NCBI GenBank assembly: GCA_951406725.2
Contig: OX597822.1
Span: 57,350,001-57,414,000 of the forward strand
Reading direction: 5' to 3'
Length of the DNA: 64,000 bases
DNA from: Octopus vulgaris
Taxonomy: Eukaryota
Each line of letters opens with the position of its first letter. Position 1 is the stretch's first letter. Below the pieces are notes generated by a model. That model saw only the letters and a program-made list of their open reading frames with translations, ran no database searches and was not told where the DNA came from. Positions 13,707 through 27,849 of this stretch are shown in pieces. A program made the position numbers and the translations under genes.

Positions 13707-14870
13707 TTTCCTGTAAATAAACCAGTTGTAAATAGCAGTTGTACTTGAAGTCTTTCCACTTCGCCTGCCGAAAGCCTGAACTACATAAAGAACAAAAAGA
13801 ATGTTGGAAGGAGACGATATTCTTCCAATATCGTAAACCTTGACTTCCATTACCAAAAATGGAGACCCTGACGTAGAAAAGGTTTTTCGACAGCCACAAA
13901 CTGTTATCGCATTATAAAATGCCTGAACCAAATCATTATAAAATGCCTCAGCCGAATCAACTTCTAGTAAGACGACCATCACCTTCCAGTCATCGTTCCT
14001 GCCGCCATATTTGAATTGCTCCACGTGGAAACAGGACTTAACTGACAAACGGAAAATATTTATTGGTACAATCACATACACCATTACAGTGTTTTTCTTT
14101 TCGCATTTTTTTTTGTGTTAAAAGAAAATGAAAGGGTAAAAAAGCAGGTTTAGCGACGAAATTTTTTCTTTTCTGTGCATTCAGTACTCAATTCTATAAA
14201 TTTTGCTCAGAATTTTTTTTTTCTCGCACACACGCTATTATTTGCAACAACACTTTTTGCCGGTTTTTTTTTTTTTTTGGTCCATTTCTTTTCTCCTCTG
14301 ACAGAAGACAAAACAAAAAATTAATCTACCTTGATCCTTTACAATTACCTACACATCCACCTGCACATGCACCTATGACAACGCCATCACCTACACCTAC
14401 ACCTTCGTCGCCACTGCCTAACACGAGCAAACCTTATGTCACCAGGACTGGCCATGACCATATTGGATGAGATCTCACGGCAGCCATTGCCATCTCTGAG
14501 ACTGGAGCGAGACCTCACCTGCATCCATTTTGCCATGCACGAGAACACGAGGCTCACGATGGAAACAATGTAGACGGAAAACCGATTCAGTCCTGTCTTT
14601 TCTCTTTTGGCATTGGCTGAACACCAACACTGGCGGAGCTTTCTGCCTGTCTATCTCCAGTGGCTATGCGCCCACACTATCGGAGCTTAAGATGGTAGCT
14701 GAGAGCAGCACACTTCACTTTTCCTGTATATAAACCAGTTGTAAATAGCAGTTGTACTTGAAGTCTTTTCTCTTCGCCTGCCGAAAGCCTGAACTACATA
14801 AAGAACAAAAATAATGATGGAAGGAGACGGTATTCTTCCATATCGTAAACCTTGCCTTCCATTACTAAAT
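13707..14870 (+). mobile_element. Decayed LTR-retrotransposon remnant: direct repeats 13707-13855 and ~14720-14867, with a tRNA-Trp-like PBS
   Basis: A ~150-bp direct repeat ends ..cattacCA and is followed at 13860 by TGGAGACCCTGACGT (compare tRNA-Trp PBS TGGTGACCCCGACGT). Confidence 0.6.
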
Positions 14871-15739
14871 ATTTAATAATGAACCATGTAATTCACAATC
14901 TGGAAAATTTATTTCTGTAAAACGTTGGGAGTGGGTAAAATTTCCGAGGCTTCCACCTAACTCCACCCCGTTTTTCGGATAACAAAAAGGGTTTTGTAAC
15001 ATATTAGGAGGTCACAGGTATTCGTTCAACGAAAGAACAAATATTTCAAATGATTCCGGGATGGGGGGATCCCCTCCCTCGCCCTACCCCACTTTTTTCA
15101 GAACCAAAATACGAGATTTGCAGCATATTAGGCGGTGAGGGAACATGATTCCACGCAAAAATCCGAGTTTTTCTTTTTCTTAGTGAAAATCATGCGGGTG
15201 TTAATCTATAAATTTACCCTATGTTTTCTTTTGCGCCATTGCTAGACGGGGGACTTAACTCATGTTAGCAAACTTACGGATTTCACCGACGTGGAAATTT
15301 ATAAAAGTTATGGTTGAAAATCAGTCATATGGATTTGGGTTCAATCCCAGTGAATGGTACCTTGAGCAGTTATTTTCCACTGAATCCCTGGGGCAATCAA
15401 TACCTTGTGATGAAGGTGAGCAAGACAAACATTTGAAATCATTTAACAATTTTAATTACACAACCCAGCAGGTATTTTATTGTCAGGACATTTTACTTGG
15501 TTTGAAGATTTTTTGAAATGCTGAATTGTCATGCCTAGATTTCAAAATACCCAAACTCTACAAATTTTGCAATTTTCCTCATTTTTCAGAAAAATGCATC
15601 GTCTATTTGTGGAAATTCTGTCAGAAATTTAGAGCCAAAGAAAAACATTGGATGATCAAACAATGACCACAGCAAACGTTAGTTCCAGGGTCTTTTAATG
15701 TGGCTGAAGAAACGGTAGTGGTTATATATAGACAGCTGT

Positions 15740-16790
15740 TCTCGTCTTTTCGTTGACTACAGTTGTTCGACATAGCTTATCAATCCCTTTAACTCCGCAC
15801 ACTCCACGAAGGCGTGCAGAAATGTTTCACTGTCCCACCCGCACCTCGGGTATGTTGACGGGATGGAACTACCGTGCCTCGACAACCTCTCTCGAACAAG
15901 TAAAGCCGATCGGTAGCACAACCAGGCCAGGGATTTCTGGTTATTATCCAGATATTCCAACATGAAAGTCCTCCTGAACAGGTTGACCAACTCATTTCAG
16001 TCGAAGCCAAAGTCTCTCCCAGGACATCGTCGGATATGTGTTCAACTAACCCGTTATAAAAGTCGCGGTGGAACTCCAATTGCCAGCATTGCCCGCCCAA
16101 TAGAGAAGCCCGAATGCCTGCCGACTCTACAATTGCCTAGGTCTTTGCCTGATCCATGGACCTAAATCCCAAAGGAAGGTTAACTGTGGAAAGAAGAACT
16201 TCACGAGCGGTTACCACAGCTGCTCACCATCAAGGTGACGCCAGAGATGCCTAAGCCTCAGCGCAAATTTGCGCATCTTCCGCCACGGCATCCCCTTGCC
16301 GTTTCTGCGTCCTCAAAGCGCACCACTATGGAGGCAAACCTTTTGCTTCGGGTCATGTAAGTAATATCATTCCAAAGTGACCCGAGACACTTTTCATTTT
16401 TTTCCTTCTCCAATATTGCAATCTTTTTTTCCGTTACGTCAAAGCATTTATAGACGATGGTCCTGTTATCTCTTTGATTGGTGACTTCCCTTGGTGGTGA
16501 GACGCGAACATCTCCCCCATCCACTGTGAGCATGACATGACATACCTGAAAGTCCGTTCTGGGTACGTTTACGTTTTTGTACACCACATTGGTGACTTCC
16601 GTATAGTTTCTCTTCTCACTGTTGTTATTGACCTCCATGGCAATACAACAGTTTACAAAAAACAATAGTTTAAAGTTTCGAATCCTACCCCCGTAAATAA
16701 TTTTTCCAGATAACAATTCAACAACATAGGTTCAACATTAACAGCAATAAACGATATAATATGGCACACAAAAAATCAACTGCAAACTCA
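15740..16790 (-). mobile_element. Tx1/L1-like LINE relic (ORF1 piece and C-terminal zinc knuckle)
   Basis: PRCGWDSETFLHAFVEC motif. ORF 16258-16716 resembles the ORF1 at 46276-46941 (SKRFASIVVRF vs GKKFGTIGVKF). Confidence 0.6.
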
Positions 16791-18509
16791 CCAGCATATG
16801 ACACCCTTCTGATATCTCCTGCACGCATGCGTATTTATACATTTCAGAACCGTCCATTTATCCATTAATGGAGGTGTTCGGATTTCACCGCAACATCTAC
16901 CATAGCCACAATTTGCTGGGCGAGAGGAGCGAATCTGAAACCACGTAACCGTGATACTATTCCATAACTCGGTAGGTGCAGGCGTGGCTATCCGATTAAG
17001 AAGCTCACTTAGCAATCACAAGTTTCTAGTTCAATCTCACTGTGTGATAGATGGAAACTACGTGGAAGCTTGTCATATATATGTATATGTGTGTATATGT
17101 TTATGAGTGAGTATGTATGTATGTATCTATATATGCATGTATGTATATGTATGTATGTATGTATGAATATATGTTTGTATGTATATGTTTGTATGCATAT
17201 GTACGTTTGTATGTATGTATGCATATATGAATGTATGAATATATGCATGTATGTATGTATGCATGTATGTATGTATGTATGTATGTATGTATGTATGTAT
17301 GTATGTATGTATGTATGTATGTATGTATGTATGTATGTATGTATGCATGTATGTATATGTTTTTGTGTGTGTACCTTTGGGTTTGCCCCACACAGCACTT
17401 CACAACTGGTGTTGATTTGCTTACGTTACCGTAACTTAGCGATTCGGCAAAAAAGACTGACAGGCTTTAAAATATGTATCTGACTTAAAATTAAATACTG
17501 GTTTCGATTTGTCCAGCTTCAGTACATCACTTTCAAGGCGGTGCTCCAGCATGGCCGCAGTCAAATGACTAAAACAAGTAAAAGTTAAAAGATAACGAAG
17601 TTTCTCTTTTGGAATGCCAGTGTTTTCTAAAATATTTTCTCATTACCGATGTCTTTAGATTTAATTCATCGCATTTCTATTCAATAATTTCAAACTGGTA
17701 AGCATCGAACGTATTTCGCTTAATTTACTTGTCTTCTCTAATAAGGTGTTATGAGTAAGCAATAAACGTATCTCTAATGTATTAGCTTATTTGTCTCATT
17801 AAGTTATTTCAGAAACAGCTCGCGACATAAAAATTTTCCAACATTTTGTGATTGCACGACAATTTATGGAATTTCAAATGAAAATAAGTTTTATTATATA
17901 GTTTCTGACGAGTGCATTAAGTAACTGAGTGCTTATTACATTTAATAGAAGCACATGATGTACATAAACGCAAGACATTCACCATATTATATAAAAGCTG
18001 TTCAATATATAAACATTTACTTCACTTCATATTTGTACTTATTTTCTTCTTCAATTGATATATGATTCTGACTGTGGCTATGCTGTAGTACAAGCTACGG
18101 AAGTTTTAGCTCTTCGTTTTTACCCTAATACTTAATTCACTCCAATAGATATTTTATCGATCATTATCCAACGACTAGCTTAAAGAGACGCAACTCTACA
18201 CATCGGTGTAAACCGGTGTATTCACAGACACCGAGAGTCAACGAAGAAAAAGAGCCCCTACATAGCCATCTAATCTCCAAGAAATATTAGCCATGTCTCT
18301 TTTAGAAAAAAATATTGCTAATGTTATCTTTGAGTTTCTTGCACTTACGAAAAAGTTGTGTTCGTCACGGTTGGAATGTTTTTGACCATAGGTTGCACTA
18401 CAGAGACACACAACACTTTGTGTGTGTACGAGGGTGTGTGTACGTGTATATATGTACGTGTGAGTGTATACATACATATATACATAAACATACACACACA
18501 TATATATTG

Positions 18510-19250
18510 TGAGAATTTACAAAAAAACAAAAGACGGGTGTGTAAACAACAAACAGATGTAATAGTTTAACATTCGGGAAGTGAGTACGTCTTTTACGTT
18601 TCGAGCCTACGCTCTTCGACAGAAAGGAACACAGAAATAAACAGGGAGAGAAATAGAAACGTTTTAGTGGCTAGCGATCTATCATGGCAAATGCCGGACA
18701 GAGGGGTCACACAGGAGAGCTAGGAAGAAGGGGAGATAATAAAGTAGTGGTTATCCCAAAACGAAGGTGCGCGTGCATGTGTATGTGAGAGCGTGTATGT
18801 GCGTGTAGAAGGGAGCTGGTGATCTTGACGTGTGCGTGTGCGTGCGTGCGTGCATATGTAGGTGTGTGGATGATGGTGTAGGTGCTGGGAAGAGGTCAGT
18901 GCTAGTGTGTGCGATGGTGTGGGTGCTGGCAAGTGGTCAGTGCTGTTGTGTCCGAGGTAGTGTGATGTGGTGATGTGTGGTGTAGTGTGGTGTGGTGTGG
19001 TGTGGGGGAGGCGAGAGTGGGAGTAGCAAAGGTGGAGTCTAAGGGATGGGGTGGGAGTGGGATAGGATGTATAGGAATGGTGGGGTTGGAATGTGTAGAG
19101 TGGGGTAACGAGGAAGGGGTGACGATGAAAGGAGAGGGTGGAAGGATGAAGGTGGGTAGGAGTGAAGAGAGGAAGTAGGTGCCAGAGCAAGAGAGGAGAG
19201 GTGGGTGGGAGGAAATAGGTGTGAGAGGAAGAGAGGATAGAGGAGGCGGG
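18510..19250 (-). mobile_element. Non-coding relative of the PLE pLTR (pyrimidine-rich body plus HHR)
   Basis: Minus strand has the same layout as 250-1250: C/T-rich tract, acaccaca repeats, HHR, ttgtttgtt tail. Flanked by TA/TG tracts. Confidence 0.7.
18590..18627 (-). ncRNA. Minimal HHR, variant core CUGUCGA
   Basis: Minus strand CCTTT-CTGTCGA-A-GAGC(GTAG)GCTC-GAA-ACGT-A-AAAGA. Confidence 0.78.
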
Positions 19251-19251
19251 T

Positions 19252-19295
<44 letters not shown>

Positions 19296-19481
19296 TGTAT
19301 AAAAGTAAAAATGCTAGTTTTTAAAACCTCTTTAAGAGATCAACGCAATCAAGTACTATCAAGTAATGTTCGTAGCCAATTCAACATGACTGTCCTTTCG
19401 AGCGGACTTTACTGCGATTTTTTAACCCCAAGAAGCCATCTCCTCAAGCGGACAGCCATGTCGAAGTGGCTCCGAACATTA

Positions 19482-19533
<52 letters not shown>

Positions 19534-19549
19534 TCAAGGTAGAAAATGC

Positions 19550-20225
19550 TAAAATTATTTTATAAAAACATTTCAGTACCGGTTTTGGTCATTGAGACTT
19601 TTTCAACTGTAAGTATGGAAAATAACTGAATTTTGGAAAAATTAAACGAAAAGTTTTTTAAAAGAATATTTGCATAGTATTCAAATACAAAGGGCATTTT
19701 CCTTGTTTCTGCTTGTCTCTGTCTCACTTGTTTACTCTTGTGGGTTCGAAGTCGTTGTGAATTCTTGACAGAGAAGAAGAAGAAGAATGCAGGAGTGCTA
19801 TGATAGTAGTAGGATGTTAAATGGTCAAGTGCCCTGAAAGTGATATGTTGTGGATGGTAGTAGTGATTGTATTATTGAGATATATCTTCTTCTCCGCGAT
19901 CACCTCTCTTATTTTACTACTACTGCTGTTTAGAATAACACCTACACAAATATTTTAAACAATACATTCCTCTTCTTCTTCTCTGCCAAGAATTCACAAC
20001 GACCTCGAACTCAGAAGAGTAAACAAGAGACAGAGACAGGCAGAAACAAGGAAAATGTCCCTTGTATTTGAATACTATGCAAATAGTCTTTTAAAAATAT
20101 TTCATTCTTTTAAAAACATTTCATTTAATTTTTTCGAAATTTTATTGTTTTCCATACTTACAAGTGAAAACGTCTCAATGACCGAAACTGGTACTGAAAT
20201 GTTTTTTATAAAATATTTTTCCATA
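19550..20225. mobile_element. Fold-back element between (TA)n tracts with a decayed HHR in each arm
   Basis: ~19555-19790 is the reverse complement of ~19965-20220. Arm consensus TTACAG-TTGAAAA-.GTC(TCAAT)GACC-GAA-ACCGGT-A-CTG. Confidence 0.65.
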
Positions 20226-20244
20226 TATATCAACTCGTGTGTTC

Positions 20245-20306
<62 letters not shown>

Positions 20307-20399
20307 TATAATGCGATAGGTAAATTATATTTTTTTTTATTTCAGGCGTGCACATTGTTTGATTTTGATTTCATCAGCTACACAGCATAGTATGGTCAG

Positions 20400-21370
20400 T
20401 TTGGCACCGTCTGTGAAAACAAACACCACCATAACGCAATTCAATCTGCCAGAAATTTGGAAACGACATCCTGCACTGCTTGGCATTCGCACCGGAAGCT
20501 CCAATACGAACATTGTTTGAGTCTCGATCTGAGGACAGTGTAGAGGATTCGGAAGGAGTTGGATGCGTCTAATGTTGATTACGAAGGTACGGCATCTCGG
20601 AAAACTTACTCTGATCGTCATGATAAGAAAAGAACTTGGTTGATTAGATCCAGGCCGTAATTGACAACGTTCCCTCCAAGTCAATCAGGGCCTTCGCCAG
20701 GGTCATGGAAGTATCTGAGTTTCTTATCAGGCAGGTAGTTCATAAAGACATCCGATATTCTTCATACAAGATGAGAAAGGGCTAATTTTTATCCCAAGCC
20801 ATCAAGGACAAGAGGAAAGACCGCCCTACGAAGCTTTTGAACAAATCCAAGCATCCCCTTCAACCGAATACGTTTTGGTTTTTCTCAGACGAGAAAAATT
20901 TCTGCCAGGATCAAATGGTGAACACACAGAGCAACCGTCGGCTAGCCGTGTCCTCAAAACGTGTACCGAGAGTGATAAAAATCAAACATCCAGTCAACAT
21001 CATGGTGTTTGGAGTGATCACTAATGATGGCGACGTTATACATCCATTCATCTTCCTACACGGTCTCAGACTCAACACAGAAGCCTATGTCAAGTACCTG
21101 GAGGAGGTAGTGCCTTGGTCAAGAGGGTGGCTGCTGGAAGACCCTATGTCTGGCAACAGGTCTCTGCACCATGCCACACAAGCTGGAGAACCCAGTCATG
21201 GCTGTCAGGCAATTTCTGCGATCACATCACCCCTAACATCTGGCTCCCTAACTCCCCAGTTTGCAACCCTCTTGATATTATTGTGTGGGGCGCAGTTGAG
21301 CGAGAGACCGTGTAACACCAAAGATGAGCTGAAGGGAAGGATTATGGCAGCATTCACCAACTTAAACAAG
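20400..21370 (+). pseudogene. Tc1/mariner-superfamily transposase relic (DD37D/maT-like)
   Basis: WFFSDEKNF, IMVFGVIT, YVWQQ.SAPCHT, WLPNSPVCNPLD across frameshifts. Confidence 0.85.
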
Positions 21371-22104
21371 ATCATCCAGGAGAGTTACACATACTCACAC
21401 AGTGAGAGTATTTGTGAACAAAATTTAGCGGACAATAAACAGAAGACGATCTAATGAAATATTACGCGATATGCTCTAAATTTTAAATTTCTCTTTTCTC
21501 TTTTAGACATATTGACAATATCGATATGACAGATTCCAGGATGAAACAAGAAATTAAAAAAAAACAAGTCGAGCTCGTGGCTTTAACTGCCTACCACAGC
21601 GGCTCGGATATTACCAGCAGTTGAGCAAAGTAGGACTCTCTATGTTCGAAGTCGGGAAAGACTTGGAGAATTTAGGTGAGAAAATCACATCTGTAGCCAA
21701 GAGAATGTAATACTCACACCAGTTAGACCTCATCAGGACGGCCGAGCAGCTCAAGATGGAGGAGTCCAGTCCGAGAGTGAACACTACCACCTTGTTCTAT
21801 TGTGCTGCATAAGAATATCAAATAAAATTTGCAGAAGTTCACGTTTGACTCCTGTATACATTCATAGATATTATGATATTTATATCGCGCTGAATACAGT
21901 ATCTTTTCGCTGATCCTATCAACAAATGAACACTACACTATATACGACAGTAGCCGAACATAAAACTTGAATAGAAATCCTATAAAATCTGTATTCATTA
22001 AATTATATGTGTGTGCCTGTTTGTGTGTGTTTGTGTTTCTGTGTGCATGTGTGTGAGTGGTCATGTGTGTGTGTGTGTATATATATATAACCACACACAC
22101 ATAC

Positions 22105-22172
<68 letters not shown>

Positions 22173-22338
22173 TGCTGTGTCTGGGGAGAGTCATTCTCCT
22201 TTAGTGTCTTATAATTTAACACACTCGCCGGTAAAATTTCCATTTATTTATTTTTTATTTTTTATAAAAAGAAAAAGAAAAAGAGGAAAAAGAAAGAAGT
22301 GGAAAGTTTGGTCTTGTGCCGCCAGAAATGACCAGATA

Positions 22339-22580
22339 AGGCGGTGGGCTTATCGTTAGCATGCCGGACGAAATGCTTTGCGGTATTTCGTCTGCCGTTA
22401 CGTTCTGAGTTCAAATTCCGCCGAGGTCGACTTTGCCTTTCATCCTTTCAGGGTCGATAAATTAAGTGCCAGTTACGCACTGAGGTCGATGTAATCGACT
22501 TAATCCGTTTGTCTGTCTCTCCTGGTTTGTCTCCCCTGTGTTTAGCCCCTTGTGAGCAATAAAGAAATAAGAAATAAGAA
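22339..22580 (+). mobile_element. SINE family A copy
   Basis: Matches 8581-8826. Confidence 0.85.
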
Positions 22581-22599
22581 ATTACCAGACATATATTCT

Positions 22600-23120
22600 T
22601 AAAAACGGTGCAGGCCCAAAATTCAGATTCTTCATGAAATTTGTTGACACAATAGACCATCTTGTTTCGAACTGTCCTGTGCTAATACCAAACGAATGTA
22701 AAAATCGCCACGGTAAGGTACAACAATATTTATATTGGAAAATATGTAAGCACTACCAAATCGACACTCCAAGCTGAAAGTGAAAATGTTACCATCCTCT
22801 GGGATTTTACTGTCAGTACTGACAGAGCTATTCAGAATAATCGATCCGACATAATCATTAAAGACAGGAAAGAAAATACTTGTAAAATGATGGCTATAAG
22901 TGTCCCGCTGATAATATTTGTCAAGGAATTTGCCAAGCTCGGTAAATATAAGAATCTGGAAATTGAAATAAAAACGATGTGATATCTTCAATCAAAAACT
23001 GTGTTTAAAAAAGAGATGTCAGAAATATCTAGATAGCATCCCAGGAGAACCTTATCTCACAGAAATCCAAAAGATTATATTGACAAGTAACGCACACATT
23101 CTTAGAAAAAATCTTGAATT
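22600..23120 (+). pseudogene. Decayed 3' end of a Dong/R4-type RLE LINE
   Basis: ILWDF...NNRSDIIIKD..., KYKNLEIEI and AHILRK remnants parallel 27080-27440. Confidence 0.7.
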
Positions 23121-24054
23121 AAACGTTCTGTATTGTGTTTTATGAATGCATTTTCGTACTATCCTTTCCGCTATTCCGCCCAAAACTTTCGATTATATCC
23201 AAACGTCTCTTAACCTTTACTAGCATTTGGGCGCTGGGTGTGACCGGGAAAGTGATTTATCAAACACACAGATTAAAATCAAAATAATAATGATGATGAT
23301 GATGACGATAACGACGATGACAACGACGACCACCACCACGATGATGATGGTTATCATGATGATGAGGAGGGGGAGGATAAATATCCTGATGCAATCCTAA
23401 GCTCTGGCTCTCATGGCTTCTGATCTTAACTGATTAGAAATGTTGTCATATACATGTTTTGTTTTCGTATAAAAGATGGGCTACAGCAAATACTCTGCTC
23501 GATACCACAGATTTGCATGTCAGTTGTTTGACCTTAACCAGCTGACCATGTCCTTTGGTGGCTGACAATATGTGCATCTTTGATTACGAGCAGAAGTAGA
23601 TGGGAGTATAATAGCCATGTGTTGAGAGGAATTCTTTGGAATTTGAATACTTTACCACTGGAAACATAGGTGTTTCTTTCACCATTCTTAAACAACCTTT
23701 ATTCAAGGACTATTTAAGCGGGATGGGTTACTCAACCTGAAGAAAATTCTTACTAGGCCCCATCTGCAAGGTCATGCGCTGTTTACCTTGATATGAGATC
23801 ACCATTTCACGATATATGGTTGTGATGCATGTGACTCGTGTGCCCCTATCAGACGGGTAGTCATGCTGGGTATACCAGATTTCGTATATTTTACCCCAGT
23901 GTCACTTTGATGGCATGCACTGCTCTCTCACTCATTAATAATAATACATAGGGTTCTTGAAGCATGACTAGTATACAAATATCACCTTAACCTGCTGGCT
24001 GTGAACAGCCGACGCTTTCTATCATAGCCAGCAAAATAAGCTGTAAGTTTTCAT

Positions 24055-24158
<104 letters not shown>

Positions 24159-24189
24159 GTAAGTATCAGTTTAGAAATAGTGAAGGAAA

Positions 24190-25200
24190 AATTAACCATT
24201 TGCTCTACATGGATGGTCTGGAGCCTTTTAGTAAGAATGAAAAAGAGATAGAGTCATTAATACAGACTGTAAGATTCTTCAGCAAAAATATAGGCATGGA
24301 ATTTAGCATAGATAAATGTGTAATATTAGTCATAAGAAGGGAACAGAGAGTCAACAGTGAAGACATCCAATTACCAGATGGCCAGACATTAAAATCATGA
24401 AAAGAAGGAGAGAGTTATATGTATCTAGGAATATCAGAATCTAACAGAATACCAACTATAGAAATGAAAACGAAAATTGAGGAGTACATCAGAAGGGGAA
24501 CGAAGCTAATGAAAACTAAGCTAAATGGTTCGAATCTGGTGAAGGCTGTAAATACTTAGGCAGTATCATTACTTAGATACTCAGCAGCTTTTGTAGACTG
24601 GACAAAAACTGAATTAGCAAAGCTAGACAGAAGAACTAGGAAGGAATTCAATATGAATGGAGGACTTCACCCATAGACAGGAGTAGAAAGATTATACTTA
24701 CCAAGAAAGGAAGTCGGAAGAGAGCTAATATCAGTAGAAGACTCCGTGGAGTTAGCTAGAGTAGAGACAGACTCCTATGTAGGTAATAGTGAAGATAGTT
24801 TATTAAGAGCTGCTAGATTCACAGCAAGAAGTAAAAACCAGAAAAAGGAACAGAAATTATCTGACTGGCAGGAGACGACGTTGCATGGTAAATTCCCGAA
24901 GATAGTTTCAATACATAGTAGTAGTGAGACATGGTTAGGGTTGCAGAAAGGAAGGCTGAAAATGGGGACAGAAGGTTTCTTAGTTGCAGCATAAGATGAA
25001 GCATTAAGGTTTAATTGGATAAAAGACAAGATAGACAAAAACCAAGTAAATTCCCAATGTAGGTTATGCAAATCAGAAGAGGAAAGTGTCAGTCATATAA
25101 TAAGTGAATGTAGTATCCTAGCACAGAAAGGATACAAGAAAAGACAGGACAGCCTAGGGAGAGTAAACCACTGGGTGTTATGTGGAAAGGTAGGATATCA
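24190..25200 (+). pseudogene. Decayed Dong/R4-type LINE RT/zinc-knuckle fragment downstream of (AAT)n
   Basis: NHLLYMDGL, IGMEFSIDKC, TEGFLVAA, CRLCK..EESVSHIISEC, with stop codons. Confidence 0.8.
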
Positions 25201-25283
25201 CCCACAAGCATATGGCGTAGTGGTTAAGAGTGCGGGCTATTAACCCCAAGATTCCGAGTTCGATTCCAAGTACTGACTTGAAC

Positions 25284-25384
<101 letters not shown>

Positions 25385-25443
25385 TAATAATAATAATAAT
25401 AATAAACAAACTGTTTAACAATAATAATAATAATAATAATAAT

Positions 25444-27538
25444 AAACAAACTGTTCCCAGAAGAGCAGAAAGGATGCCGCAAAGGCTCATATGGCTGTAA
25501 AGATCAACTAATGATTAATAAAGCCGTAACTGAAGACAGCCACAGAAAGAAGAAAGGCCTCAGTATGGCCTGGATTGACTACAAAAAGGCGTTTGATAGC
25601 ATCCCCCACACATGGATCCTCGAAACACTAGCCATTAACAAAGTAGCACCAACAATCATAAAATTCATAGAGCACTCTATGAATAAATGGCAAACAGTCC
25701 TACACCTCCAAACAAAAGAGGGACTCATGAAAACCAAAGACATCCCCATTAGAAGAGGAATATTCCAGGGAGACACGCTCTCTCCACTCCTTTTCTGCTT
25801 GGCACTGTCACCTCTATCTGATATGCTAAATAGAACTGGATGTGGATATAAATGTTACGGCAAAACGATCAGCCACCTTTTATATATGGATGACCTAAGA
25901 CTATACGCTGCAAATGACAAACAGCTGGAAACACTATTAAAGACAGTTCATGGATTTACCAAAGAAATAGATATGAAATTTGGATTAGAAAAATGCGCCA
26001 AAGTAACCATGAAAAGAGGAAAACTAGTTAAGAGTAGCAACATCACACTAGATAAAACCAATGAAATAAAAGAATTAGACCAAAGCCAAACTTACAAATA
26101 CTTAGGAATCCATGAACTAGATAAGACACAACACACACAAATGAAAGAGAAAATAAAAAAAGAATATTATAGACGAGTTAGATCAATACTAAAAACAGAG
26201 CTCAATGCTAAAAACAAGATAATAGGTATCAACACTTTAGCTGTCCCAGTTATAAGTTACAGCTACAATATCCTTAACTGGACACGAAATGAACTGTCCA
26301 AAATAGATAGGAAAACAAGAAAAATACTGACAGGATCTAGGATGCATCACCCAAAATCTGACATAGAAAGACTATATATACAACGTATAGAAGGTGGTAG
26401 AGGCCTTATACAGCTGGAAAACTACTATAAAATAACCACCATAGGACTGCAAAAATACCTACTTCAGAAGGAAGGAAAACTGATCCAGATAGCAGCAAAA
26501 CACGAGAAAAACAAAAAACTGTTCTCAGTATTTAAGGAAGCTGACAAATACAAACAAGAAATCATACCACCTAATAAACTCGAAGAAGAAGAAGAAGATG
26601 ATAAAGAAACAACAAAAGCTATAAAACAAATGAAATCCAAACTAAAAATAGAACAGCAACGAACCATGATAAAACGATGGCAAGAAAAGCCCCTTCATGG
26701 TAAATACTGCACTAAACTAAACGCAAAAGAAATAGACAAAGAAAAATCCCAGCAATGGTTGAGAAGCTCAGGACTCAAAGCAGAAACAGAGGGATTTTTA
26801 ATTGCAGCACAAGACCAAAGCCTCCCCACCAGAAATTACCAAAAACATGTAATGAAAAGAAATATTACAAGTAACTGCAGAATATGTGGAGATGGACAAG
26901 AAACAATAAATCATATTATCTCTAGCTGCCCAGTCCTAGCTAAGAAGGAATATATTCACAGACATGACAGAGTTGGAACCTACATACATTGGAAGCTATG
27001 CCAACATTATGGAATAACAACAGAAAAAAGATGGTATAGGCACACACCAGAAAAGGTCACAGAAAACGAGAAAGCAACCATACTCTGGGATATGCCGATA
27101 CACACAGATAGAGAAATTAAGGCCAACAGACCAGATATAGTTGTCAGAGATCATGAAGAAAAAAAATGCTTTCTAATTGATGTATCAATACCGGCAGATG
27201 ACAACGTGTCTCTAAAAGAAATGGAGAAACTCTCAAAATACAAAGACCTGGAAATAGAGTAACTAGAATGTGGAATCTGAAAACAGAAACAATTCCTATC
27301 ATAGTAGGTGCATTAGGCATGATAAAAAAATATTCAGACAAATACATAACAAAAACACCAGGACTTACAAACACATATAACATACAGAAAATTGCACTAC
27401 TAGGCACTGCACACATCCTACGCAGAACACTTTCCATACAATAACCATCAGAGCATCACAACAAATCACAGCACATACCCAAGGCACACAGAGCTGCGCT
27501 CGGTAGTGAAGTGAAAGCACGCTATAAAAATAAAACTA

Positions 27539-27541
<3 letters not shown>
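25444..27541 (+). mobile_element. 5'-truncated young non-LTR retrotransposon, R4/Dong clade (RT + CCHC + restriction-like endonuclease), inserted in (AAT)n
   Basis: Flanked by (AAT)n on both sides; see CDS motifs below. Confidence 0.9.
25511..27444 (+). CDS. RT-RLE ORF of the Dong/R4-like LINE (5'-truncated; frameshift near 27260)
   Basis: IDYKKAFDS, GIFQGDTLSP, LYMDD, YKYLG, CRIC..ETINHIISSC, RHD, RPDIVV..LIDV, KYKDL. Continues in another frame as VTRMWNLKTETIPIIVGALG. Confidence 0.88.
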
Positions 27542-27598
<57 letters not shown>

Positions 27599-27749
27599 AA
27601 GAAGAAGAAGAAGAAGAAGAAGAAGAAGAAGAAGAAGAAGAAGAAGAAGAAGAAGAAGAAGAAGAAGAAGAAGAAGAAGAAGAAGAATAACACCAACAAC
27701 ATCGAAAAATACCTTAGGAATGAGAACCCAGGTTCGAAATTTCCCCCAA

Positions 27750-27795
27750 GACACCTGAAGAAGGCTGGAGGGTATATCAGCCGAAACATTGTGTT
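27750..27795 (+). ncRNA. Minimal HHR in the SINE-like tail
   Basis: GACAC-CTGAAGA-A-GGCTG..CAGCC-GAA-ACAT-T-GTGTT; stem III has one change from ACGT. Confidence 0.75.
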
Positions 27796-27849
27796 AACAA
27801 CAAACAAGATCAGGACAAATATCCGTCGAATGTAAATAATGTAAAAGTA

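Noticed and set aside
17903-17975. CTGACGA-GTGCAT...ATGTAC possible HHR
   Set aside because: No GAAA or stem III in register.
25208-25281. tRNA gene
   Set aside because: Has A and B boxes but no acceptor-stem closure, and it is repeated as a SINE head.
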